Shown here: positions 51,064-61,716 of the stretch, piece by piece
Numbering within the stretch: position 1 is the stretch's first letter
Layout: each line of letters opens with the position of its first letter
IMG/VR virus record: IMGVR_UViG_3300032167_005013
Reading direction: 5' to 3' (one strand)
Length of the DNA: 64,000 nt
DNA from: a virus
Taxonomy: Duplodnaviria > Heunggongvirae > Uroviricota > Caudoviricetes
Notes under the pieces: model-generated
Databases searched by the model: none
The model's input: the letters and a program-made list of their open reading frames with translations, nothing else
What the model was told of the DNA's origin: nothing
Program-made: the position numbers and the translations under genes

Positions 51064-51580
51064 ATTTTTCTAATGTTTCCGTTTCTATTTTTATTACTTC
51101 TCTTACCCATGTGAGGCATTTGCCCAAAAGATTCTGTCCAAGCCAATTTTTCTCATCATCAATCATCTGGTCATCCTCACCTAAACCAACACCCCACACT
51201 TTATCATATGGTGACGCTTCGACAAATGTCTTTCCATCAAACTCAGGATTAAGAAGAAAATCCCGTAATTCTTTATTATAAACGAATTTTTTGTATAATG
51301 CACTTTTCATCACATTTTCCTTCACAAGATTCCAAGTATCCTCATTAAATCCTTTCACTTTCCTACCCAATTTCTTGGCCTCCTTAGGTGTTTCCGCATC
51401 AAGAATCAATTTAGCAGTTTCATCATCACCAAACATTATTGCTTTCCACCACATGAAAAACTGTTCACTTGTAGTGAATTTATACCAACAATTATCAACG
51501 CCAAAAAATGTTATATTGCAAGGATAGAAATTAGATAACTCCCCACCCCAAAAGAAAACATACTTATCAGTTACTCTCAT
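51053..51580 (-). CDS. NADAR (YbiA-like) protein
   Basis: LSNFY...SEQFFM..KA...AKKLGR...EASPYDKVWGVG...GQNLLG. Confidence 0.9.
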   Translation of the reverse strand: MRVTDKYVFFWGGELSNFYPCNITFFGVDNCWYKFTTSEQFFMWWKAIMFGDDETAKLILDAETPKEAKKLGRKVKGFNEDTWNLVKENVMKSALYKKFVYNKELRDFLLNPEFDGKTFVEASPYDKVWGVGLGEDDQMIDDEKNWLGQNLLGKCLTWVREVIKIETETLEKYGK

Positions 51581-52565
51581 ATTTTTTAATTAAATTGTTA
51601 TCATCAATAATTGAAACTTCACCATATTTCTCATAGACATCATATGCTATTTTGGCTACAGTTCTCTTAAGTTTTTTCCACTGTTTGTTGTAACGTTTCT
51701 CTATTTCACTAAGAATATCATACGCCTTTCCCTTCTTTCCTGTTGCATTGTACCAAGCCTGTTCAATAATCTTAGCATTTGATGTATCAAATGTTTTCCA
51801 CAGATAATCAAGATTCATGCCATTAACAATATAATTCTGATAAACAACCGTATTTTTTATGATTTCAAAAGCATCTGCAGATGCTTTAATTTTGTCAACA
51901 TTAGATTTCAATGCACCATATATTGAACCAATATAAGCACGTAGTTCAAAATTGGTTGTGAAATAAACAAGATTTGATATCGCACGTTCAGCATCAACAG
52001 TAGAGTAATATCTATCTACATTCTTATCATAGTTGATTTTACGTGCATAATCAAACAGGGATTCGGCACCATTTTTTTTACGTTTAAACTCCTCATAGGC
52101 ATGAGTCAATTCATGCGCGAAAATCGCAGATGTATGTTCTTCAATTTGATGGACTCCAGTAAATATAATGAACTCTCCTCTCAATAACGGAATTTTACCA
52201 TCCACCAATTCACTGGCCATACCTGTAAATACACCTTTGACATTAGACTTATCACTGACACAATAATTGATTTTTATATTAACATCTTTGAAAAAACATC
52301 CTTCAATATCTTTCCATATATTATCAGTCAAAACAGTTGTCTGTTTTTTGTCAGTGAAATTAAGCGTATTGATGAAATCAAGAAAAGCATCAATGTAATA
52401 ATCCATGTTAGGTATTATACCATGTTTCTCACATAACAGATTTTTATTTTCCGTTAAATAATATGATGGTACAATTTTTCTACCATAATAAAATTCTATG
52501 AACAGCGATTTCTTAATCTCTTCATTTAATATTTTTCTAATCATAGTCTTCAATTGTTTCGTCAC
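51567..52565 (-). CDS. HExxH metallopeptidase-like protein (paralogue 4)
   Basis: AHELTHAYE...FELRAY. Confidence 0.7.
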   Translation of the reverse strand: MTKQLKTMIRKILNEEIKKSLFIEFYYGRKIVPSYYLTENKNLLCEKHGIIPNMDYYIDAFLDFINTLNFTDKKQTTVLTDNIWKDIEGCFFKDVNIKINYCVSDKSNVKGVFTGMASELVDGKIPLLRGEFIIFTGVHQIEEHTSAIFAHELTHAYEEFKRKKNGAESLFDYARKINYDKNVDRYYSTVDAERAISNLVYFTTNFELRAYIGSIYGALKSNVDKIKASADAFEIIKNTVVYQNYIVNGMNLDYLWKTFDTSNAKIIEQAWYNATGKKGKAYDILSEIEKRYNKQWKKLKRTVAKIAYDVYEKYGEVSIIDDNNLIKKYESN

Positions 52566-53397
52566 TTAAATTTATTAACAGGTTTTCATTTGTTTCTGCA
52601 ATATCTTTTTTTAACAAATAAAGTAATCTACCAAATGCTTTTGTATATTCGCTAACAACCCTGTTTGCAATTTTCAAATATGAATCAATCGTTTTGTTAA
52701 ACGGTTTCAACGCTCTCACTATCCTTTCATGTTGGTTCCTATCCTCAATAACCTGTTTAATTGCATTAATGTTTTTATATACTGCTGTATTCTTGATTTC
52801 TTCCAAAGGATTCAATACATGGCCATTAATGTTCTTTCCCATTACATCACCATAAATCCCATTAATCAACGCATTCTTTTCCACACGAGCATAATAATAA
52901 TATGTACACCCAATTATTTTTTCAATGAAATCAGAACTATGCATCAACTGCATAAATGCCTGATATTGTTGATTCTGTTTTGTATTCAATAACGGTTTGC
53001 CTTTCTTATATAATTGGAACAAATGTTCTATCTCATGCTGAATTGTTCTGTTATGCTTCTCCCACAATATTCTATCCCCATGTCCAACTAAGTAAAACGT
53101 TAATTCATATTTTTCTATGTTTGATGTGGAGTTAAATCTTCTTAAATAATAGGATACCACATTTTTATCAGCATCATCAACAACATAATATATCACATTT
53201 ATAACAATGTCTTTCCATTTTACATTCAAATCTCCATGAAATGCTTTATATGGGAAGTTATTGTTTAGAGCATAAAATCGAGTTTTATTTTTATAATTTT
53301 TAGAAAAATTATCTCCTATCGAGCTCTTAATTTTCACAACAAGTTGTTTAACATCATTGGAAATCCCAAGTTCCTCATTAATTATCTGTTTTTCCAT
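52537..53397 (-). CDS. HExxH metallopeptidase-like protein (paralogue 5)
   Basis: QHEIEHLF...VEKNAL; INEELGIS. Confidence 0.6.
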   Translation of the reverse strand: MEKQIINEELGISNDVKQLVVKIKSSIGDNFSKNYKNKTRFYALNNNFPYKAFHGDLNVKWKDIVINVIYYVVDDADKNVVSYYLRRFNSTSNIEKYELTFYLVGHGDRILWEKHNRTIQHEIEHLFQLYKKGKPLLNTKQNQQYQAFMQLMHSSDFIEKIIGCTYYYYARVEKNALINGIYGDVMGKNINGHVLNPLEEIKNTAVYKNINAIKQVIEDRNQHERIVRALKPFNKTIDSYLKIANRVVSEYTKAFGRLLYLLKKDIAETNENLLINLSDETIEDYD

Positions 53398-53644
53398 TTT
53401 TCAACCTCTCCATATCTTTTAGAACAATCTCTTCACAATCAACAAGCATATTATATATTTTCTCCTTATCCTTAATATTATTCTCAGGAAGAATTTCAAG
53501 GCAATAATCAATCTCTCTTAACAATTCTTCACAATCCTCTACAGTAAGCAATTCATCTGATGATATCAAAGACACAAGATACAGGTATAGAAGACCTTCT
53601 TTTTCAAGGCCTTCCATCCATTTATTCTTATCAATATTACCCAT
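53378..53644 (-). CDS. Hypothetical protein
   Basis: ORF. Confidence 0.55.
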   Translation of the reverse strand: MGNIDKNKWMEGLEKEGLLYLYLVSLISSDELLTVEDCEELLREIDYCLEILPENNIKDKEKIYNMLVDCEEIVLKDMERLKNGKTDN

Positions 53645-53645
53645 A

Positions 53646-54038
53646 TTAACGGTTTTTAATTAAGTCAGGATTATCATGGATATTTCCCACAACAGTCGCC
53701 CATTCATGAGTTGGAGCATTTATTGGGCACTCATCATCAAGGTCTCCATCCCATAAGAAAGCAAACACACCTCGGACAAAACGTACCTCCAATAAAGATT
53801 CCGTAGTAGGTTCACCATCACCCCATAGAAAAGCAATTACATCACCCTCAAATATCTCGTTATGATTCTTATCGTAAAGGCTCGTAAACTCTCCAATTGT
53901 TTCAGGGTCAACTTCTTCTTGGAATCCTTCTTTATCCCACATAAAATATCCAACGCCCTCTTTTGCCGGTACCTGCAGGTTCCCATACAGCCATTCACCC
54001 GTTCTCTTGCATTTTCCTCTGAATTTAATTTTTCTCAT
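53646..54038 (-). CDS. YopX family protein
   Basis: IKFRGK...GEW.YG...TIGEFT...EIFEGD...VGNIHDNP. Confidence 0.88.
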   Translation of the reverse strand: MRKIKFRGKCKRTGEWLYGNLQVPAKEGVGYFMWDKEGFQEEVDPETIGEFTSLYDKNHNEIFEGDVIAFLWGDGEPTTESLLEVRFVRGVFAFLWDGDLDDECPINAPTHEWATVVGNIHDNPDLIKNR

Positions 54039-54067
54039 ATCTTATTATTGCCAAAAAATTACTAAAT

Positions 54068-54496
54068 TTATCTTCCTGTTGAACCAAAACCACCTTCTCC
54101 TCGTTCCGTTTCATCAAGAACTGCAACCTCATCCCATTCTACCTTTTCATAACGTGCAACTACCAACTGTGCAATTCTTTCACCAGGCTTAATTACAAAA
54201 TCATTATCTGAAAAATTGAACAGTTTTACACCAATAGGACCCCGATAATCAGCATCAATTGTGCCAACATGCGACACAATATCATATTTAAATGCCAAAC
54301 CACTTCTTCCCCTTACTTGTGCTTCACAACCCTCAGGTAATTGAATATGAATGTTTGTTGGAACCACAATACTCCCTCTTGCTTTAAGAACCATAGGTTC
54401 AAGAATATCTGCTTTCAAATCCATACCCGCAGCACCGGGAGTTGCATACTCAGGAAGTCTATGATTAGACTTATTTACAATCTTTACTTTTACCAT
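54068..54496 (-). CDS. dut: dUTPase (trimeric)
   Basis: AGMDL; RSGLA; GTIDADYRG; RIAQ; RGEGGFGSTG. Confidence 0.95.
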   Translation of the reverse strand: MVKVKIVNKSNHRLPEYATPGAAGMDLKADILEPMVLKARGSIVVPTNIHIQLPEGCEAQVRGRSGLAFKYDIVSHVGTIDADYRGPIGVKLFNFSDNDFVIKPGERIAQLVVARYEKVEWDEVAVLDETERGEGGFGSTGR

Positions 54497-54509
54497 ATAT
54501 TTTTTATTA

Positions 54510-55932
54510 TTACATGTTTATCGTCATGTTTCCGTTAACCTCTCCAATATTAAGAGTTTTTGTTGGTTTAATACCTTCCCCCCAATTCAGCATTTCAACT
54601 GACCTGATAAGGAATTCATCAATCTTACTATCGTCGTAATAACAATCTACGCCACAACAGAATTGCACTATTCTTGCTACTCCATATAGTTCATTAACCA
54701 TATTGAACACAAACTGTCCCTCTCGCCAATTTTTTGGCTTTTCATATGAATATATTTCGTTTTTAACTTCTTCTACTGTAAACAGTTGTTTATGCTCAGC
54801 AAAATTTTCATTGAAATCATTCAATTCCCTGACAAAAATCATTGTTTCTCCTGTGTGTCTATCATCACCTTTATATACAACACCATCGACCCACTCACCA
54901 TTGATTTTGATTTTGCATTTATCCACAATTGTTTCAATAACACCTTTTTTCTTGTGCTCAATGATTTTTCCACTAACTATTTCCATATATCATTCCTTAT
55001 TTCTTATTTTTTCTTTTCTGTCCGTGATAAGGTTCCCCCATAAAAGATTTTTCATCAAAACCAAGCCTATCGCGGTCGACAATATTTTTCTCCTGTTCTT
55101 TCTCTTTTTTTCTTTGTTCTAAATCATGTAAAAGGGTTTCGTTTCTTAATTCCCTTTCTTTCAAACGTTCCCTATACTCTTTCTTCTTTTGTTTTAACGT
55201 TTCCTTTTTCCATTGTCTATACTCAGGACTATTATACTCATAATAATAACGAATTTGCCCTTCCACTTCAAAGCAAGATTCCACAAAATCTCTTGCGTGT
55301 GAAGTTTCATTGTACCATTTATATCCATGTTTACTGACCTCAGTACTTTCATTTTTTATGTGATAAATGATACTATCATATTTTTCCTGATTAATTCTGC
55401 CACCGCAACAAATATGATGAAACCAACCCCCAAGATTAACACCGTTATCCACCAAGATAGTACGTAAAAGAAGAATCTGATTTTCACTCAAATCTGTACG
55501 AAGAAAAAACATTGCATTGGAAACATCCTTGCCTACAGTTGTCCTCCTTTCTTTCTTTTTATCTATCCAAAGTTGTGTTCTTTCAGCCTCTTTTTTATTA
55601 ATCTGCAGTCGCCCCTGTGAATCAATAATGTATTCTTTTAAACGAGTATCACCTTCTTTAAATTCAACTCTTGAACTTAACAATAATTCAACTAAATTAG
55701 GTTCATGCCTTGCGACATTGAAATCTTTCATTTTTTCGAGAATATGCTCCTTGACTTTGTCATAGTTTCTACCAACAGATTTCTTTAGATACCTGTCAAT
55801 ATATCTACCAACAATCTTGTAATTTTGTGTACCTTGGTCGTATATCTTCATATCATAACTTTCCCGAAAATGAGTCTTTCTCATTGAAATCCTCTGAGGA
55901 GAATTATCTATTGTTTCAATATCTTTCATCAC
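54510..55932 (-). other. Hypothetical ORFs 54510-54986 and 54997-55932
   Basis: ORF track. Confidence 0.65.
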
Positions 55933-55972
55933 TTTATTAAGTTTCTTAATGCAAATATACCTATTTTTCTAA

Positions 55973-56935
55973 TTAAAACAAAGTACTTAAATCAATTTCT
56001 TCGTTTTTAAATGGTTTTAACCGGCTGTTTTCAAAAGCATCCAAACACACCTTTGCTATCACTTTTCTTAACTGATTCCACCTTTTATAATAAAGGGATG
56101 TTATTTTTTTTATGATTTTATTATATGATAAGTGTCTTTTTGTTATTTGTAACCATATTTCTTCAACGTCACTTTTATTATTGGTATTAGCAATTTCTTC
56201 AATCCAATTATAGATGATTTTAAAATTATTAAACGTTATATTTTCTTCTATCTGTTTCAAACCATCCTGAGGATTTGCCCATTTTGATGCGCTATACAAT
56301 AATGACGTGTATAATGAAGCAGCATAAGCATTTGTTTCAAAATCAAACAGATAATAAACTATATAACCAATTTTCTTTTCAAGAGATGTAGAATTACTCG
56401 ACGTTATCAAATCTCTGGTTGTTACGTAACTATCAATGTAATTATCAACGGTATAAGGTCTCTGTCCTTTCTTCAAACGCATATAAATCTCATATGCATG
56501 GGTGAGTTCATGGGCAAATAAACTCCTTGCACGGTTCACAAATCCATTCCAATCTTTACCGCTTAATGTAAAATTCATTCTTAGTGTATTAATTTTCCCT
56601 TCCTCATTAAGCTTTCTAATATCCCCAACAAGATAACCATTATTGCCCCCCTTTTCTTGTTTATTTACCACAATATCCACATTAGAGAAAAAACAGTTCT
56701 CAATCTTATTGAAATTATTTTGTGTTAATAGAAACTTCCCATATGAATCTTTATGCTTCTTAAGAAAATTGATAAACACATTTATATATTGTTCTACATT
56801 TGGAATCATTCCATGCTTTTCAAGCAAAATGGTTTTTTGCTCATTAAGTTTACCAAAACCATTCCGTAAATAATCTTCAAGCACGATACTATTTTCCACA
56901 GTATCGTGCAAAAACTTATTAATATCTAACTCCAT
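55973..56935 (-). CDS. HExxH metallopeptidase-like protein (paralogue 6)
   Basis: AHELTHAYE...FETNAY; LLEKHGMIPN resembles paralogue 4. Confidence 0.7.
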   Translation of the reverse strand: MELDINKFLHDTVENSIVLEDYLRNGFGKLNEQKTILLEKHGMIPNVEQYINVFINFLKKHKDSYGKFLLTQNNFNKIENCFFSNVDIVVNKQEKGGNNGYLVGDIRKLNEEGKINTLRMNFTLSGKDWNGFVNRARSLFAHELTHAYEIYMRLKKGQRPYTVDNYIDSYVTTRDLITSSNSTSLEKKIGYIVYYLFDFETNAYAASLYTSLLYSASKWANPQDGLKQIEENITFNNFKIIYNWIEEIANTNNKSDVEEIWLQITKRHLSYNKIIKKITSLYYKRWNQLRKVIAKVCLDAFENSRLKPFKNEEIDLSTLF

Positions 56936-57587
56936 CTTTCTCTGTTTTCCATTCTATATATTTCTCAAAATCAGTGAAACCTTTTTCACCAACCTTGTTT
57001 TTCATAAATTTATATAGTGATTCAAGACTAACAAGACTAAAATTAGCAAGTTCACTGTCAAGACCAACATCCACCCTAAGTTCCTCACTTTCTTCATTTA
57101 TCTTTAAAAGTGAGTTATGTGTATGGCCATGAACCATGAAAGCCCCGTGTAATCTTCTGTTCCACGCAACCATTGGAAAATGACAGAGCACAAGATAAAT
57201 GTTTTCTTCAAGAAAATCATACTGATGTTTCTTTATCGGGAACTCTTTAATCTGAGAAACCGATACAAAATAATTCTCAAGCCCTTTGCATGACTTATCA
57301 TGGTTTCCTATAATAAGATGCTTCTGCCCATGCAGCCTTTCGAGAAATTTTCTCGTATCCTCCGGAGTACCAAAAGACACATCACCAAGTATATATACAT
57401 GGTCATGCTTTGCAACAGTCATATTCCACATCTTTACAATCCATTCGTTGTGTTTCTCCATTGCCTCAGTATCACTCATGTCATCGGTTATCCCCATGGT
57501 TTCCCTACGCTCTTTCTGAAATTTCAAAATGTTTCGATGAAAAGCGTGTAAATCTGCAGTAAACCATATCTTATATGCATTTTCCAT
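56919..57587 (-). CDS. Metallophosphoesterase (phage type)
   Basis: FTADLH; LGD; GNHD; HGHTH; DVG. Confidence 0.88.
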   Translation of the reverse strand: MENAYKIWFTADLHAFHRNILKFQKERRETMGITDDMSDTEAMEKHNEWIVKMWNMTVAKHDHVYILGDVSFGTPEDTRKFLERLHGQKHLIIGNHDKSCKGLENYFVSVSQIKEFPIKKHQYDFLEENIYLVLCHFPMVAWNRRLHGAFMVHGHTHNSLLKINEESEELRVDVGLDSELANFSLVSLESLYKFMKNKVGEKGFTDFEKYIEWKTEKDGVRY

Positions 57588-57589
57588 TT

Positions 57590-60412
57590 TTAATACCAAT
57601 CTTTTAAAAAATCTTCATAATTTTCGTATGTTGTACCTTCTGAATATATCCTTCCTTTAGCATCAATACTCCAACATTCTGTCCATTCAGAACCTTCACC
57701 TTGGTCACTATGCCCATAGACTTCAAACGAAAAATAATCATCATATTCTTCTATATTCCCGCAACAATAGGTACAGTGATAATCCCAATAATGTGATATC
57801 GCATCAAGCACCTTATCTAACAGATTTTGCAATTCTATTTTATTATCCATTCTTATCCCTCCTTATCCATTACAGCCATTGCAACCTTTTCTCCCCTATA
57901 CTGTCTAAGTTTTTCTTCTACAGCCTTAGCGTCAACATGATATCCCTCGGATTTAAGATGCTCAATTAGTTTTTCAATATAAACTTCCCCACGTTTTTCT
58001 TTAGGTATTAACTCAATTAACCTAAGCATGGGGGTAAAACATAATCTATCTGTACTCATAATATTCCAAACAATCTTTTAAACCATCCAATAATTGCTGA
58101 TGGTAAAGTTCTATAAGGGTACCACCAACAATTCCTATTGGAATAGCCGACTTCATACCTATAATTCCTCAAATTAGATTTCTTAATTACCGGAATTTTA
58201 AACATAATGTTCACGATTCTATACAAATTATACTGTTTTTGTTCAGGATTCTAAACACATTTCCTTTTCTTTTATTATATAATACTCCCAAGTCTTTTGT
58301 TGTCTTCAATCCATTCTCCAATAAAATCCCAATCAAAATCATACATGGGGGTATCATCCATAATAGGATAACCATCATAATCTGCAATGTAACCGTTCAA
58401 TTCATAATCCCCCTTTTCGATTTTATCTGCAATTTTTCTTAGATGATTAGCAAGTTCAAGCCTGAAACGTTTATCACCTTCAACAACATTTACGATATAG
58501 TTTTCAGCATCATCTAATGAAACTTTATGTTTGGTACAATCTATTGGAGATGTAAATACATAATGGTCAAAATCTATGTCAATACACGGTCTATATTTAA
58601 AAACATCTGCTTCTTTCATATTATTTTTTGTTTAAAACAGCCATTGCAGTTACAATACCCATTATATGATTCTCCTCATAATTTTTGTTAACCATTGCAA
58701 GCGTATCATCACCAACAACATTAAATGTGTTAATAGGGACATATCCCCCATTGTGATGATATGCAAGATTAACATCATCCCTCATATTTTTTGTATATTC
58801 TCTAAATTCTCCTAACGTCATGATATTTTATTTTTAGTTTCTTCGTGATTCTCAAATTTTGCTTTCAACCTAAGATATGTTTGATATTCTTCTTGAAACT
58901 CCTTTTCCCTTTTATCATTAACTGCTTTTACCAAGGCTTGTTCATCAATATGCGGATGAACGCCCATCTCAATCTGCATGCTTCGACGTGGGCTATAAAC
59001 GACCTTATCATCCTTTACATAACAATCATCCATATTGTGAAAAACATGCAACGGGCGAATTACAACATTTTCCAAGTAATAGTCAACACAATTCAAAAAA
59101 TCATTTTTGTCAATCCCAATATGTATATAAGTGTCATCAGTAAAAGTGATTATAAGTTGATTGTCGTCATGGTCAGTCATAGTCCTAAGAAAACCAACCT
59201 CACGAACCACCTTCCCTGATAATACATCATTTTCAACTATACCGGATTGTAATTTAATCTGTTCCATAATATTCTTTTTTTTTAATGTTATTATCTAACT
59301 ATACTACAAATATCGTGCCACGAATTCTCTCCTTCGTGGTTTTTCTCGTTCTTTTCTCAAAACAACTTTCATCCGGAAAAAACCAAGAGGAATCTCCCGC
59401 CATCCCATCAAGCCACAAGTTACATACATATCCTTTGGTTTTTCCTTTCCTGTCAACAACTCTACAATAGTGTTCACAGCGTTCACAGCATATCTTATTC
59501 TTTCCCATCGTCTTTTGGATTTAAATCAGGACGTTTCTTATATATCTCCTCTAACTCTTTTTCTCTCTTCTCTTTTTTTACTCTTTCAGATTCATGGTAA
59601 ATATCCCATGTCTCCTTCTCCCATTCCTCCCCATATTCCTCAATCATGGCCTCTTCAAACTCATCACCATAGTAATCCATATCCCAAAGAAGCATTGGGT
59701 TTCTTTTTTCAATTTGAACATCAACCCCTTGTTTCTTCCAATATTCAACAACTTTATCCGGATTTGAAGTCGGTGATGCTCCTAAAGCAATACCACATCT
59801 GAAACTACTTTCCTCTCTTTCAAATGAATAAAAATTCTTGCAGTCAGCAATTATACTATCCACCATATCAGAAAGGTCCTTTACATATATACTAACATCA
59901 GGATTATCCTCGCCAAGCACAAGTTTGAAATAGTTTTCAAGTTGCTTCTTCATCGGAAGAACCTTCTCATAGTCTCTATGGCCAGGATGCCATTCACCAT
60001 CCTTATCAGTATAATCAGGCTTGTAAACATCCTTACTACCACCATTTGATACATATTCTTGTAGAATCTCCATATAACGGTTCCACTTACCCTCAATATT
60101 ATATGCTTTCACATATTTGTCAAGAATATATGAAAATTCTTCTGAAGACAAATAATATCTATCATATATATGGTCGTTTGGCCCCTCAGTTATTTTTCCT
60201 GATTTAAAATCAGCAATGAGTTGGTCATAATCAACCGAAGGTTGTGCCTTTGCATACATTTCTTTCATGCAGTCGTGAAATGCCTGTGATATCACTTTTT
60301 CCCTATCTAACATAATCCTAAAAATTGTTTGTGGCAAATATACTATTTTTTCTTTAAAAAACAAAAAAGAGAAGAACATTTCTATTCTTCTCCTTAAACT
60401 ATTTCTCGTCAT
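57590..60412 (-). other. Hypothetical ORFs 57590-57850, 57853-58059, 58275-58619, 58621-58821, 58818-59267, 59299-59508, 59495-~60313
   Basis: Abutting minus-strand ORFs. Confidence 0.6.
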
Positions 60413-61166
60413 TTTTCAATCTTTCATTTTCTCGCTTTAATATTCGATTCTCAGACCTTAAAGTGAGAACTTCACCAAAAAGTTGTTCCCTATATTTTTC
60501 ACTGTCTATTTTTTCTTTAATAAGAGCCTCATACATTTTCTTATATTCACCTGCTGTATGTGGATATTTGTTTCCATCCTCATCAGTCTTAGCCTCTTTC
60601 AATAACTGTCTTGTTACATCAAGTTCACGCTTATAATCGTTAATCGCCTTATTTCGCCAAGAAACCATGTTATAATAGAACTTCTCGCACAGATTAAGGT
60701 CATCTTCACCTAACTTTTCACCGTGAATTTTAGGGGCTTTTTTAACCCATTTAATATATGGCCATACATCGCACATATAAACTAAGCCGGCATATTCAGG
60801 CACTTCTTCAGGTTCAATAAGGCCCTCAGGAACTGCATAGAAAAAATAATTCGGCTTTAAAACTTTCTCGGTATATGCCTCTTTACCCCATGGCTGAATC
60901 ATTTTTGGTTCATATGTTCCTTCAAGAATTTGATGCTTTCTCTTTTTCTTCATGTCGGCCTTGAAATCTGCACGTGAAATTTTCACTTCACCCTCATAAA
61001 GGTATCCTGATTTTGTCATTGCAAGATAATCAGATTCCCATGATTTATCAAAAACATACAAATTTCTTATCACATATTTAGGCTGTGATAAGAAATTGCG
61101 TTCAAGAACATCAATTATTTTTTCTTCAGACCATTCAACTTTCTCTGTCTTTTTTTTAAATCCCAT
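60399..61166 (-). CDS. PD-(D/E)xK nuclease-like protein (MmcB-like)
   Basis: ESD...EGEVKISRADFKAD...YFFYAVP. Confidence 0.7.
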   Translation of the reverse strand: MGFKKKTEKVEWSEEKIIDVLERNFLSQPKYVIRNLYVFDKSWESDYLAMTKSGYLYEGEVKISRADFKADMKKKRKHQILEGTYEPKMIQPWGKEAYTEKVLKPNYFFYAVPEGLIEPEEVPEYAGLVYMCDVWPYIKWVKKAPKIHGEKLGEDDLNLCEKFYYNMVSWRNKAINDYKRELDVTRQLLKEAKTDEDGNKYPHTAGEYKKMYEALIKEKIDSEKYREQLFGEVLTLRSENRILKRENERLKNDEK

Positions 61167-61259
61167 ATTATTTTTTTTCTAAAAATTAGTTTCCAACCCA
61201 TCTCTTATCACAATCAACGGCCCGGGAGTTAAATCTCTTAAAATAACCATATAAATAGT

Positions 61260-61715
61260 TTAAAGACATATATTTAAACGTTCTTTTGCATGTTCAATCA
61301 TATCTTTATGGTCAAATGCAAGAGGAGGGAGTTGTCTGAGACTAAACCATTTACATTCGACAGCATCGTCACCTGCAAAAAATTCAGTATCGCATGGCAC
61401 AACGACAATTGATAGTACCGAAATTACCCTTCCTCTCTCATCCCTGTCAGGATTATCGAAAATCTTATCATTAAAATATTTAAAGCATGACCTATTAATG
61501 TCAATACCCGTTTCCTCCTTAACTTCCCTCTTTACTGCATCTTCAAGAGTTTCATTTATTTCCATGTAACCACCAGGTAAAGCCCAACAGCCTTTATGAG
61601 GCTCATTTTTCCTCTTAATGAGCAGGATATCAATTCCTGCATTTTCATTGTACTTTAAAACCGCACAATCAGCTGCCAACGACGGCATTGGATATTCATA
61701 TACGTATGTTCCCAT
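61260..61715 (-). CDS. NUDIX hydrolase (ADP-ribose pyrophosphatase/NrtR-like)
   Basis: WALPGG...REVKEETG; PDRDER; LAFDH. Confidence 0.9.
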   Translation of the reverse strand: MGTYVYEYPMPSLAADCAVLKYNENAGIDILLIKRKNEPHKGCWALPGGYMEINETLEDAVKREVKEETGIDINRSCFKYFNDKIFDNPDRDERGRVISVLSIVVVPCDTEFFAGDDAVECKWFSLRQLPPLAFDHKDMIEHAKERLNICL

Positions 61716-61716
61716 T

